In this document: one piece after another, positions 46,060-58,849 of the stretch
Numbering within the stretch: the stretch's first letter is position 1
Layout of the letters: every line of letters begins with the position of its first letter
Made by a program: the position numbers and the translations under genes
Assembly (NCBI GenBank): GCA_032718475.1
Contig: JAUCBJ010002288.1
Coordinates: forward strand, 12,375-76,374
Source: Nemertoderma westbladi
Taxonomy: Eukaryota; Animalia; Xenacoelomorpha
Direction of reading: 5' to 3'
Length of the DNA stretch: 64,000 bases
Notes under the pieces: generated by a model
Told to the model about the DNA's origin: nothing
What the model saw: only the letters and a program-made list of their open reading frames with translations
The model's database searches: none

Positions 46060-49000
46060 ATGTCTGATATTCAGCAGAACCTGTCAGACAGTTTATTAGA
46101 TGTAACTATCTGCGACTCAGATAGAGACGTACAACCGTCTGGTCGTAAGTTCAGTTCACCTCCCACTGTGAGGAAGGTCATCCCTCCAGTAGTAATAACA
46201 GAACCTAGGCTAGTCCAACATCGTAGGTCTATCATAGGCACCCGAGCTCAGGTCAAGCGGGACCAAGAAGCAGCGGAACAGCAACAACCCGCTAGTCAAG
46301 AACTTATTCCTCAGCGGCTCAGCAGCTCCAGTAGTGAGGATACTGTAGAGCTGACACCCGAGCGCGGAGCAGAGATGACGGATGCGGTTTATACGGATCC
46401 CCTTCTCATCCTTCCTGCAGCCGTACTCACTAGGTTATTGATCGCGGTGGAAGAACACCAGATCGATTGGGCGAGAAGTCAACGGTCAACTAGAGATAGT
46501 TATGCAGGATACACGAGTGAAGAACTGAAGTCTATTGTCGAGTCGCAATGGAACTTCCCCGGATCCGGACTCCCGTTTGATTTATCAGAAGCTGCCTGGG
46601 AAGACATACACCGGATGGGAGTAGCCAAGGAAACCATCGATCCAGCTGTGTGGAAGAGGTCCGCAGCCGGATACGCACAGGGATTCTTCAGCTCTATAGA
46701 GCGATTAAAAGAACAACTGTTTCATCAACCTCAAGGACCTCAAGAGCAGGGATTGCTGCTTTATCAAGTTAGAGAAAGAATTCTACGAATCAGGTTAATA
46801 TTATCGGCCTTTGAGGAGGCTTCTAAACGAAGACAAGACACGTCGTTGCAAGTTGCCGTAAAGACTTGGTTTCAACGGGTGAGTCGCCAAGTTCAAGGAA
46901 CAGCTCAGTGGAAAGCTCAGCTGGAGGAGCGCTCAACCCAAGGAGAATCAACAGACGCTACTTTTTCCCAAGTGGAAAGTGAAGCGACGGCAGAGAAGCC
47001 GCATAAGAGAGATGCCATTGACATCTATCTGTCGGACTATCAACGTTTTTTAGGTGATGACGAATTGAGAAGAAGGTTAGATGGACTTAGCCCTAATAGC
47101 GAAGGAACCAAGCTTGTGTTGGATGCCATCGATGTGGAAATGAGGGCTGCGAACCAGGCTAAATTCGATGAACAACTCCGCATCGCTAGAGAACAAGAAG
47201 AACAAGTAAGGAAAAAACGTATAGAAGACAGAAAGGCCGCAGCAAAAGCAGAGGCAGAGGCAAAAGCGGCAGCAGCAGAAGCAGAGGCAGAGGCAAAAGC
47301 GGCAGCAGCAGAAGCAGCGGCAGAGGCAAAAGCGGCAGCGGCAGAGGCAAAAGCGGCAGCAGCAGAAGCAGCGGCAGAGGCAAAAGCGGCAGCGGCAGAG
47401 GCAAAAGCGGCAGCGGTGGCGGAAGCAGAACGGAGAGCGGCTGAAGAGATCGCCCAACTGGAGTTGGAAAATCTTCAAGAGAAGCAAGACGACTTCAGTA
47501 AACAGTTAACAGCTAGTAATATGCAGATGATGAATCGATCTACTCCCAAAAGACAGGGATATACATCATCTGAAGAAGGCGATACCACCGATACTGAAGG
47601 CAAGGGAAATAGATCTCGTCTAAGTAGACGTAAAAGAACATTCCACCGTCAGAAATTGCCTGATTTGCCTCCAGCTGTTAGAAGGCAACTAAATAACACC
47701 AACTTAGGTAGTACAGAGCCCACAGACCAAATAATTAAAATAGAAAGACTCCCTACTATAGTAGATGAGCCTGAAATAATTAGGCCTGTTCTTGAAATCA
47801 CCCCTTTGGTGATAGACACACCTGTGCTCCCTGAAACTACCTCTAAATTCCCTCTACATAGCACTAAGCTACCTGTGCCCCGTAGAACTGCCCAGGAGAC
47901 AGTTCAGGTCCTGGACCCCGAGCGAAATATTCATTATTTGTCGCCCGTTGTCCCTCGTCCGCCCGCTACAACGTTGGCGACTCCCGCTTCGGCGGTCGAA
48001 TGGGTGGACGAGAGACGGCGGGGGATAGATATCCTGCTCGGGCAGATGCAGGAGACTGTCCAGCAATTCAAGGGCACAGTAAGGGAAAGTAGACTAGAGT
48101 TGCAAGAAGTGCAGCAAAGTATTGCGCTCGAACGCGATAAATTAGTAAATACTCAAAGGGGTATACCACCACCCTCTGTAACAATGTGTCAACCTGTTAG
48201 GTCTGAAGTATCTCATGCGCAAGGTGTGGAGCCTACACGCATATATACTGCTAGCGAAGTAGAAACTCCTATAGTGAACCCTATTAAGGGTAATTATAGA
48301 CCTGTTGATAATGACATTCCCTATAGAACTGATCATAATCCGAGAAATTTATATACCGATAACTCGATATTAAATAACACGATGGCCCAAGAAAGTTTTA
48401 CGCGTCAAATGGCTAGAACCGAAGCCCGGCAAGCGGTGAAGGTGGGAGAGATAGTCAAATTCAATGGAGATGAGATGAAATGGTTACCTTTTAATGAATA
48501 TTACAAAGATAACATACAGAACTCTGTACTATCTAATGGAGAGAAACTTAGATTCCTCATCGAGTGCTTGGAAGGATCTCCCAAGTCAATGGCTTTAAAA
48601 TTTATTGGACATCCAGATGGATTAAGACAAGTTTGGGATACACTAAACATCAGGTATGGTAATAGGACTAACATAGCTAGGTATTTATATGCGAAATTAA
48701 TGGCGCCCCGAAAGTTTCTTAGCAGCGGGATTATAGAGTTTTCCGATGAGATTCAGGAGATCTGTAGACAACTAGATTGGTTAGGTAAGTCTCATGAATA
48801 CCAGAATTCTATGGTTGTAGGAGCCTTAGCATCTACTTTGCCCAAGGGTGGAGTAGGTACACGCTGGGACAAGAAGGTGTTATATATGATGGAACAACAA
48901 CAACGAGACCCTACCATGGCTGATCTCATGTCATTCCTGGATAGCGAGGTGAAATTACAGCTCATAAAGCAGTCCAGAGAGAAGACAGCGGAAAGTAAGG

Positions 49001-51030
49001 TAAGTGAGAAACCCGTTTCTAGGAGAAGGGTAACACCAGTATGTTATACCGACGACGGTGAAAGCCAAACTTCTCAAGGAGAGGACAGCGGGAAAGACAC
49101 TGACAGATCTTATGTCAATAAAATGCCTAAAGATCAGGTAAGTAAATCCAAGTCTCGACCCAATGACAGAAGGGAACCGGTACAAAAAACCCCTCCTACG
49201 TCTCCTAAAAGAATTCAGGTGAGAAAGCCCGAGGAAAGAACAAGTGTGCACCACACAGCACATGTTAAAGTAAGTAACATCAAGCCCAAATGTGTGCTGT
49301 GCGACGGGCCCCACCGTTTAAATGCGTGTGATAAATTCCTGAGGAAATCACTAAAGGATAGACGTGAAGTCATGTGGGATAAGCGGTTGTGTTATAATTG
49401 TCTCAGACGAGGACACCAACGGCGAACCTGTAACTCCGACGCAAGGTGTGCGAAGTGCGGCCCAAAACATCATATCTTGTTGCACACGGAATTCGAACGA
49501 AACAGCCCGAGTCAGGTAAGTGAGTCCGAACTACATGTCCAATTCAGTGATGTGAACGACACTGATCAATCTGAGATGGAAGGATTCTATACGGACGAGT
49601 TCTCCGACCAAAACGAATCCTGTTACCTAATAAACACCACCGCAGTGTATCGAGCACTCGTGTATGAGAAAGACACAGACAGCGACCTTACCTTAACTAC
49701 TTCCGATCAACAACCATCTTGGAAAGCGCCAACTTCCAATATAGGAATCCGAGAATTTCCTGTAGTCCAGTTACGGGTCCACGGACCTCAGAAGAGCTAT
49801 ATAGTGAACGCCCTCCTGGACTCCGGTAGCACAGGAACATTCATCGATAAAGAACTAGCCGAAGTCATCTTTGCTGGACAACCCAAGTTCCGAACCAAGC
49901 TAAACATGTCAGGGATCATGCAGGTTTGGAATTCTACTGTAGCTGCCGACTATTATATAGGTGAGTTGTCCACTCCACAGGATAAACTAGGAGAATACAG
50001 TATAAGGTCAGTAAAAATGGTGGCAATAAAGAACTTCGCTACCACCCAAGTGGAACCTTATAATTGGGACGAAGATGATCATGCCCAACAACTTAACATC
50101 CCTAGATTCGACACCGATTATCCTGGAGTACAAATATTAATCGGTCAAAACGCGCATGAGGCGCTGGAGACATTAGAGAAACGACCTGCTCAACCGCAGC
50201 CACTACAGACCTATGCGGTAAGAACTAGAGTAGGTTGGTACCTGACTGGACCTTCCCGTAGAACGCTCAGGGAAAGACTGCTTCAAGATCGCGTCTGCCA
50301 GGTGAGTGAATGGGAAGATGATACTAGTGAGGGAGACGACCCAACTGAGGGAACACCACACTCCTCAGATAATGACAATCTTAGCTCCAATATAGATCAA
50401 TGGAGATATTGCCCCAAGAAGTTTAATCCAACTGACATCGCTTCCAGAGGAGCAACTCCTCAAGAACTGACAGATACTATAGACCGGTTAGGTGAACCCG
50501 ACTTCCTGAGTAAGGAGAATGAATGGCCTCCCCATCTTACTCCGACTGAGATTAGACCAGCCAAGGGAGCGGAGAAAGTCGAACCTGAAACCCGGACGGG
50601 TGGATCGGAGTTATTTGAACCCGGGATAGATCTGTCGGTATTACATGTTGCCAGGGACGACGCCGTGGATCTGGGCCTCCCCACCGCGAGTGGATCCTTC
50701 ATGAAGATCAGAGAGAGCGATTGGAGCTCTGGAACATCAGACGTCTCTCAGGGACTCTCACCTCTCCTGCAGAGAGCGACGGACCACTATAGCTCCTGGA
50801 ATCGGCTTTGTGACGCCGTCATATACTTTGAGCGATGTTTCTATCGTCACTATTCCAGGACGAAGAGGAAACCTGGAATTGTATTCAGGATGCAGCGACT
50901 CAATCACCCAGTCGGTCGTTTGTGTTTATCGGAAGGGAATGGAGGACTCTCCGGAAACTGTGGAAGGCAAGATTCTCTTCCCACGACCACCTCCCTAATC
51001 CTTCAAACATCTAGGGACTCCATAACGTAA
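46060..51030 (+). CDS. BEL/Pao Gag-protease polyprotein (1656 aa) fused to an RNase H C-terminal remnant
   Basis: KFNGDEMKWLPF...LSNGEKLRFLIECLEG (BEL gag); three knuckles CVLCDGPHRLNAC, CYNCLRRGHQRRTC, CAKCGPKHHILLH; ALLDSGSTGTFI; RTRVGWYLTGP; QWRYCPKKFNPTDIASRG. Confidence 0.92.
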   Translation: MSDIQQNLSDSLLDVTICDSDRDVQPSGRKFSSPPTVRKVIPPVVITEPRLVQHRRSIIGTRAQVKRDQEAAEQQQPASQELIPQRLSSSSSEDTVELTPERGAEMTDAVYTDPLLILPAAVLTRLLIAVEEHQIDWARSQRSTRDSYAGYTSEELKSIVESQWNFPGSGLPFDLSEAAWEDIHRMGVAKETIDPAVWKRSAAGYAQGFFSSIERLKEQLFHQPQGPQEQGLLLYQVRERILRIRLILSAFEEASKRRQDTSLQVAVKTWFQRVSRQVQGTAQWKAQLEERSTQGESTDATFSQVESEATAEKPHKRDAIDIYLSDYQRFLGDDELRRRLDGLSPNSEGTKLVLDAIDVEMRAANQAKFDEQLRIAREQEEQVRKKRIEDRKAAAKAEAEAKAAAAEAEAEAKAAAAEAAAEAKAAAAEAKAAAAEAAAEAKAAAAEAKAAAVAEAERRAAEEIAQLELENLQEKQDDFSKQLTASNMQMMNRSTPKRQGYTSSEEGDTTDTEGKGNRSRLSRRKRTFHRQKLPDLPPAVRRQLNNTNLGSTEPTDQIIKIERLPTIVDEPEIIRPVLEITPLVIDTPVLPETTSKFPLHSTKLPVPRRTAQETVQVLDPERNIHYLSPVVPRPPATTLATPASAVEWVDERRRGIDILLGQMQETVQQFKGTVRESRLELQEVQQSIALERDKLVNTQRGIPPPSVTMCQPVRSEVSHAQGVEPTRIYTASEVETPIVNPIKGNYRPVDNDIPYRTDHNPRNLYTDNSILNNTMAQESFTRQMARTEARQAVKVGEIVKFNGDEMKWLPFNEYYKDNIQNSVLSNGEKLRFLIECLEGSPKSMALKFIGHPDGLRQVWDTLNIRYGNRTNIARYLYAKLMAPRKFLSSGIIEFSDEIQEICRQLDWLGKSHEYQNSMVVGALASTLPKGGVGTRWDKKVLYMMEQQQRDPTMADLMSFLDSEVKLQLIKQSREKTAESKVSEKPVSRRRVTPVCYTDDGESQTSQGEDSGKDTDRSYVNKMPKDQVSKSKSRPNDRREPVQKTPPTSPKRIQVRKPEERTSVHHTAHVKVSNIKPKCVLCDGPHRLNACDKFLRKSLKDRREVMWDKRLCYNCLRRGHQRRTCNSDARCAKCGPKHHILLHTEFERNSPSQVSESELHVQFSDVNDTDQSEMEGFYTDEFSDQNESCYLINTTAVYRALVYEKDTDSDLTLTTSDQQPSWKAPTSNIGIREFPVVQLRVHGPQKSYIVNALLDSGSTGTFIDKELAEVIFAGQPKFRTKLNMSGIMQVWNSTVAADYYIGELSTPQDKLGEYSIRSVKMVAIKNFATTQVEPYNWDEDDHAQQLNIPRFDTDYPGVQILIGQNAHEALETLEKRPAQPQPLQTYAVRTRVGWYLTGPSRRTLRERLLQDRVCQVSEWEDDTSEGDDPTEGTPHSSDNDNLSSNIDQWRYCPKKFNPTDIASRGATPQELTDTIDRLGEPDFLSKENEWPPHLTPTEIRPAKGAEKVEPETRTGGSELFEPGIDLSVLHVARDDAVDLGLPTASGSFMKIRESDWSSGTSDVSQGLSPLLQRATDHYSSWNRLCDAVIYFERCFYRHYSRTKRKPGIVFRMQRLNHPVGRLCLSEGNGGLSGNCGRQDSLPTTTSLILQTSRDSIT

Positions 51031-54000
51031 CAACATATGGAGTGGGTGTGTGACTCTATTATTTTATATTATTTTATTATTTTTATATTTATGTATGTAT
51101 TACTATGTAATTCTATTATAATCGTTTTCTTTAATTTTATTCAGTAGAATGTTATTTTAGCGATTATTTAGTAGATTAGTGCAATATATATTCGCGTATA
51201 TTACTTAATTACGTATATATTATATTTAATGCGACGGCAAGAAATAATTCTTTTCCTTCTTCCTTACTGTCCGTATTACATTACAAATACGTAACTACAG
51301 TAAGATGAAATGTCCGTACTTATTAAAGTACAATAAAGCCACTACTATATTCAAGTATTATTGGTAGGCAGAGTATTAGGAATGCAAAGTTCAGATCCTC
51401 GTGTCTCGGCTAAACCAAGCTCTGGGTAGACCTTGGAAACGACTTGCCTCTTCACACTGACATTGCTTCGTGCGATATTGCTCTTCTACCTTATATTAAA
51501 TAATACATATAGTAGCGTGATGTCCCTATAACAGTAGCGTATAACGCAAAATAAATCTGTTAAACCCTTTGACCATCTGTAATTCTAGTCGATTAAGATA
51601 TCGCGGCACCCACCGATATACTTGAAAGACAAATTCTAGAATCAGTGGTTAACGTCCCCAGACAAGTTCTGGAATAAATCGGTGCCCATCTCAAATATTA
51701 ATTATTTAATATTTGCAAATCTAATAAATCAAAATCTGTAAAATTCAGATCCTTCAACAATTCTAGTCAATTAAGATATCGTAGCATTTACCGATATTCT
51801 TAAAAAGACAATTGTCATAGAATCAAGGATCTTGTGTCCCCAGACATGTTCTAGAATCAAAATATGTCAATTTAATTATCAAATAATAAAATTTCAGGGA
51901 ATAAATTTAAATTCATGCCTTTTAATGAATTTAATAAATTGCCATTTTTACGCAATTTATAACATTCCCAAAATTCCATTAATTAATAGATCAAGGGAGC
52001 GGAGATTTATCTTATTATGCGTATGAGTGTGCGAAGTCTCCCAAACATAGTCAATAGCCGATAAAATTCATAAAGTCATGTATAAAACAGGACATTGACT
52101 ATTAAAGAATTACTATTAAATAACATCCCAGATCTGTATGCATTGGAATTACCCTAATTCTACCGCTAGCTTTACATAATGTCACCATAGCAACAACCAC
52201 GCTAGAATTAGAATTGAGTTAAGAGAACAATAGAAAGCTTGTCCCATTGAATAGCATAGGGAATAAATAGTGCACTGATAGTATCCAAGGATACATAATA
52301 ATACAGTGACATTCTGGAAGGCATTGACTAACGGACAAGTGACCCGAGTGTGTGTAATTTGTGACCAGTTGTGTGTGTGGTATTTGTGAGTTTATAGGCG
52401 AATGTTACTACTAAGGTGTGTTTACAGTAGCGAGTCGCAATTGTGAAAGTAACCCTAACTCTCCAGTAAGAACCTGAGGTGTATCTAAGCCTTTGGGACG
52501 GACAGTCGAGTGACTTGTGCCGGTTGTCGTTGTCGTTGTGCGGCTACGTCGTTGGCGAAAGTACAGCGGCGACGACACATCGGCGCTGAGGATCTCGTAC
52601 TGTCCGGGGGTTGATTGGGGTAGGCAGCGACGCCCGCTCGCCTAAATATAAACTCATTATAATATGGATAAACTCATATATAGCAGATATGACGGAGTTG
52701 ATAGAAGATGGTCTTGGTATCAGGGAGCGATATACTCTACTTTTACAAGCGTTTGTTGATAGCTTAATACGCGGCGACGTTAGTCCAACTGCTGCGGAGG
52801 ACGATGGTCGTTATATCGAACCGCCAATGTCCCAAGAGCAGCTCTCGCGAGAGTTGGACTATAGAAAATTCGCTGCTCGATATATGCAGCGTAATGGTAC
52901 GTATATGGGCTTCTTAACTACTGGTCATCCTATCGATTTACATAATACGGACTATGTCGACTATATATCCTGCCCAGCGGAGTCGGAACCATAAACTGAA
53001 ATTCGAATGCGAAAATTCTATTCGAAATCGACTCGAAAGAAAAGACACTAAAGAAACAAATAAACGCGGTAACTCCAACGTATATTTGGAATTCTTGATA
53101 GAAGCATTGTAACAACAAATAAATATCACCCGCGTTTCCCCTACCAGACGTGCGTCTTTGGTATTATTACGATAAATGCCCTAGACCCAGCCAATAAACG
53201 GAAAGACATAAACATCCACGGAAACGTTGTGTTAAACACAGTTGTGCTCGTTATATTTACTGGAGTTTCGAGCGAAACTTGTTTGACGTATCACCTATGC
53301 TCACTCGGTTCGAACGATCCTGGAGTAAACCTACGATCAGAGTCCCGGAATACTCGGTCAAACCTCCTCATTCCTTAGTTGGACCTCAGACCTGCGATCC
53401 TGGTGGTGTCGCGGATCCTCACGGACTGTATTCACTGTTCAAAGATCTAGTGCTACCCTAACAATTAATCGGTAACACTCCGACAGTGATTTCTAGCTAG
53501 CTGCCCATCTACCTAGCCGGATTGGGACGCGGACATTTAATATCGCCGTTTAACCCTTACCATCGTCCCGTCCCGGCTTAACACGATATAACCTGTCACC
53601 AAAGTGGCGGAGAACGTTGTACCAAACGAGTTAAACGCTATTCTACAAAGATCAGAAAGGAAACCTGCGTTTGTTCAGATAAACGTAAGTTGTAACAGCA
53701 AGTCCAAGCGATAAACGAATTGTCTTTATCTCAGTTCGATTGTAAAATCCAGAATCTCTAAGAAGATATCGAACTTAGGCAACCCCATTCTCTGCGAGAG
53801 TTTTTGGATGAACGTATCCAGCTACGAGCGGAGGAAAATCAGCTCGAGGAGAAGCATATCGAAACGGCGGATACCCCGACCATAATCCTACACCTTCTGA
53901 TGCAATCATATTGCACCCTTCACCCAGGATTTATAGCCCTCCTAGTAAAGTGGCTCGCCCCAAAGAGAAAGGGACTCTTGCTAGCCTCAAAAACTGCGTA

Positions 54001-54104
54001 AACGCCGTCTGCGTAAGAAAGATTAACTGTTTAGAGTATCTTTATATTTTAGAAACTGTGATTTGTTATATTTTATAGACTTAAATCCCATTTTCTGGGA
54101 GCGG

Positions 54105-55342
54105 TGTAAAAGCTTTTGCGTCATTAACCGGTTATTTTCCCTTAAAGTACTCTGTAGTTGGTTTGCCAGGCATAAAAAGGCCGTGTCCTTGCTGTACTGG
54201 TGTTTTAGAGGACATAAAAGTCATTTCTTCTGTATTTGAACTGTATTTGTACTTTAGAGGACATAATCTGCAATTTCATGACGTAAAAAGCTCGATACTC
54301 TTGAAAACAGTGTCGCTACCATGACGACGGCTAACGGCTGATATTGCCACGTTGCAGCTTTCTGTATCTGCCAATAGAATTTGAGTTAGCTTTGATTTTG
54401 ACCTATCACAGAGCTACTGAACTGAATTTTCCTATCTCACTGCTCTTTCTCTGTGTTGGACGGGAGCTTCGTGGAATAAGGGTAGCTGGTATTCTTATAG
54501 TTATTCTTATCAGTGTTGTTAGTGATTCTAAGCCAGGAAGAACGGCTTTAGAGTATTTTGTGCTTTTCTGCTTTAGCCTTACACTAGTAGGCTTAATTAT
54601 AAGGACATATATCCTTTATCGACCTGCATAACATCCATAAATGCGGCATACCATACCAAATCATTTATACCTTAACTTTACTGATTTTGCTGTCGGTTAT
54701 TCATTATATTTGTTGATGAATTATTATATTGGAATAACGAGAAATAACCCCGAAAACCCAATATTCTTGATATACCGAAGGTAAGAGAGAAGGGTTACAT
54801 ATAACGATTGTGACTTATGTTAAAGTGGTTTGAAGTGAATCTAATGTTATTTGATAGACCCTACATGATTCAGTCCGTGTTCCTTTTATATGTGACTAAA
54901 ATCAGTGAAGATCGGCAGATTAGTGTGCAGTATTGTGCAGCATTGTGTATGAGTGAAACTGATAAAGAAGCATTTCCTAAAGAATGCGACATATATGTGA
55001 ATTATAACTAGGCCATATCGTTGTGAGTAGTTTAAGTCATAACTCTGTTTATATAGATAGAGCGCCACGTCCTAAAGGAACTGTTAATATTCCCCGAAGG
55101 TGAATAATATTGTCAGAGATTATATAATACTGTCAGTCGAATAATACATTAGGCTTACATAGCAATACGATTAAGCCGTCGAAGTCAATCTCCCGGGTAT
55201 ATCCAACGGGTGAATGATCGCGCACAGATTGGTTTCAACTAGTGTAGTGAATCAAATACTTGTTAGAGGCTAAAGCGATTTATTATCTAGAAGACATCCT
55301 AATTTGGCGGGTTAAACTGCCAAAGGTCTGAAAGCGCGAACA
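54105..55342 (+). repeat. 3' LTR
   Basis: Same length as the 5' LTR; only two substitutions noticed by eye. Confidence 0.96.
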
Positions 55343-58300
55343 ACATTCAAAAGAATGCTACACCGGGTTCATTGTGTCAAGTACAATGCACACATCTCCA
55401 ACCAGACACTATACTGTATAACATTGGAGGTGTCGCATTGGTTCCCTCAAGCTTGACATTAGAACAAAATCGCCTCCGCTTTGCAGGACATTGCTTTCGC
55501 CGTGAGGACCAGCCAGTGCATAATCTTGTACTTTGGCAGCCTCATGGAGTGAATAAGCATGGTGGACAGCCCATGACTTTCTTGAGACGCATCTTAAAGG
55601 ACACTGGCCTTGAAGATGCGGATGATCTAGCAAATGTCATGGGTGGTAGGGAGTTGTGGCGGTGCAATTTTGTTGACAAGCCGGCACAGCATTCTTAAAA
55701 ATGCAGCTGCAATGCAGCATGCCGATCGTAGTAGTAGTAGTAGTAGTACTGTACATTCGCCTAATAAATTTGGACCATCATCAAGGCTCTAGAGTAGGCC
55801 TAACTAAAATGGAATTAGGGGATGTTCCATTGTAAAAGACAATGAGGTGATTGCGGGAAGATAACACATGGTGAGTAAAATAATAATGGAAAGTTGGCAG
55901 TGCGAGGATTCCATATGTAAAAACATTTGAGTATCTAGAGATTGAAAGTGAAAATAAAAATTCTGACTCACCCAGTACACCATGTCCTAGAATATACAAT
56001 AGTGTCGTAATTCAGAGACATAGAAACCCCCAAATATTTCTACAAATCTTAATGAAATAGCATAAAATTTAAAACAGCTATAGTTTTACCTCCCTTCTCC
56101 GTTATCTTAGTGGGTGAGTCAGAATTTTTATGTTTTTTTTTTATTTAGCTACAAGCTAAACCTGAAACAGAGAGTACCAAACTTTTATTGAATTCCTAAC
56201 GACCTGTAGGTTTCACGGGGTGATGCTGGACGCAATCAAAATCCATCTCCAAAGGAAAATCGACGGTAATTAACAGCAGATTGACTCCCAATAATATAAC
56301 TATTGACTCCCATCGTTTGTTGCTTTGGTTATATAACGTGCCACTGTAACCTGCTCCTTTACATTAAATGAATATTTAACCTTCATACGAGATATTAATT
56401 CACCGAAAACATAAAAAAATATAATTATACCAAAATCAAATTGATCTTGAAAATGTTTCCACTACAGTAGGCCTGTTCTAAGTCGGTGACAAAATACAGT
56501 TATGGAAAGATAGTGATCCTTCCCAACAGTAGTGCGGTGGTGCTTTAAATAAAAATATCATAAAATGGAACATAAAACCCTGCAGGATGTACATAAGACT
56601 TTATATACAACCACATGTTGTTGAAATTACATTTTAGTTAATAATCGGAGCAGACAATAGCTACAGTAGACAACATACAGTAGATACAGTAGTAACAATG
56701 ATGATCTACAGTTTCTACAAGTAATATCCTTCATTGGAGTAATGGAAACATGTCTTAAGATAGCTTATCAGTTATTATGCTATTGATTACATTATTTTTC
56801 ACAGAATACAATGGCTCATACAAACATAAAGATGTGCTACATACTAGTTTATTAAAAATTTCTTATATATACACAAAAACTTTTGTGTTGATAGACGCAC
56901 TGAAATACAGTTGCACAAAAGAAATCCGTCAATCGCGTAACATCTATTTGAATTATCATTAACAACAACTTGTACTGGAACAAAAAAGTGTTCTCTCACT
57001 AGGTCGTGTCTTCGCAAGATATACTGTACAGAAGGGTCAGGCATGTCAGCCGCCAAATAAAACAAAACTAAATCAATATTTATCAATAATTGTTTTTGGT
57101 GATAAGGATATTCAAAATTGGGGGATGCAAATTGGTGCTACAAAAAAATATATTTGGTGCAAAATAATTTATTTTGGTGTTAAATCATCTAATTTGGGGT
57201 GGCATTCAATTAGTGGCGAAAAATTCAAGCATGGCTCCTCCATAGCGGTAATTCCAGATCTACATTGTGTTAATTTGATTTTGTTCATTGTTTGTGTTTG
57301 TCTTAATCTTAATTCCAGTCAGATACTGTATTACCCTATAGGCCTACTCTATTCTATTATTGTATACGTCAGCAGTAGGCCCTGTAGGTCTGCACTGTAG
57401 GCCTACTATTGTTTATGGTTTAAGGATTACCACTATCAGATCACTTCCAGTACTGTATATCATTACACACACCCACTACTGCATGCCTTTGGTATAGTGA
57501 CTCCTTATAGTTGAGTTTAATATGCAGATATATATTAAATTTATTTAATTAATAAATATAATTTGATTTATATGACTGGTTTCTTTCCCTTAACTTTGTC
57601 TGCTCCCCTGTCATTTGACGATATCGGCGTTCCCTTAACAACCTATTAATACCCGTTCAAACTGATAGATCTCACAGTTAAATGTTTTTGTGTTTTAATT
57701 CATTTAAAATTGTTTAAATTTTGTAATATATATTATTCGGGTCCTTTGTAAATATCTCACAAATGTATCATACAATCATACAATCCAATCTTCATATTTT
57801 AACTTAATAAAATAATAATAAGTTAAGTTACACACACAAGGATATATCATATCTCAATATTATTAGTTGGACATGTAACTGGACTAGTGCTTGTACTTGT
57901 GCTTGTAGGTAAGGGCTGGAGGTTTCTCTCAACAGGTAAGGTTCAAAGTATATATATAATATAAGAAGAGCCCATAAAACAGAGTTAATTATGAAAGGGT
58001 CACCGGAGCGAGACATAGAATATATTTTACCATTGTACAACACCGTCCAATGTCCTTTGAAATCCGCCGTTTTATCTACAGTAGTATTCGACAGATTAAC
58101 TTTTGTATGTAAAGGATGGTGTTGGTGCTAGCTGGTGGGAGATGTGAGCCAAACTATTGGTGGTTACTGTGAGCTTATGTGTGGTGGGTGGTTTGTAGTT
58201 GGCTGGCAATCCCAGTTATTCGCTCCGCCAAGACTATCATTATATTATTATACATAATATATCAGCTCATAATACAGAGAGACAACCTGTTGCAGTTGGT

Positions 58301-58849
58301 TTTGTTACTATTAAATTTATTGTATTCAATCAATATACCGGTAAGGCCAACTTTACTTATGATTAATTATTAAATGTAATTTAGGCTACAGTATATTAAG
58401 AAAGAATAGGCCTAGGCTTACTGGCTTATTCTATTGCAGTAGTACAGCAGTACGCATAAATTATTGATATTTAGGCCTAGCTGCCTAGTGCTGTACTGCT
58501 GTACTGTATATCATTGTAAATTGTTAGGTCTATCGGGCCCGGTAGCGGTAATAATATTAATATATCTAATACAGTAATATTCGAACTCTCCAACTTTATT
58601 CATTATAGGGCCTACTTGATTTCGTACCGGTACCGGTATATTATCAGATTATTAAATTAGTTATAATTTTTATGATTTTCCGGAACAGTACAGCCGTACT
58701 TCCATTGAAATGGACTTCAAAGCTTTATTTATTTTATGGTGAGTGTGTCCTCTTGCAGTCTCGGTTCTTTATGGTTAATTTTCTGGATGACATAAACAAA
58801 TATCAATTTATATAAATCATCACGAATCGTAGGACGAATGTATTTTAAA

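Larger units (their letters stand above)
42278..55342 (+). mobile_element. Young non-autonomous BEL/Pao-type LTR retrotransposon
   Basis: Two 1238-bp TG...CA LTRs, 5-bp TSD ACATT, PPT GGGAGCGG, gag-protease ORF. Confidence 0.95.
41805..55746 (+). mobile_element. 5'-truncated RTE LINE (41805-42277 and 55348-55746) split by an LTR element
   Basis: DLDFADD...FCYLGSWI...LLYGS..W..DGTF|KRMLHR...LRFAGHCFR; (TAG)n tail; 13-bp TSD TACTGTACATTCG at 41792-804 and 55747-59. Confidence 0.92.

Noticed and set aside
47077-47487. Cys-rich and Pro/Leu-rich minus-strand ORFs
   Set aside because: Antisense of the AEAKAAA repeat in gag.
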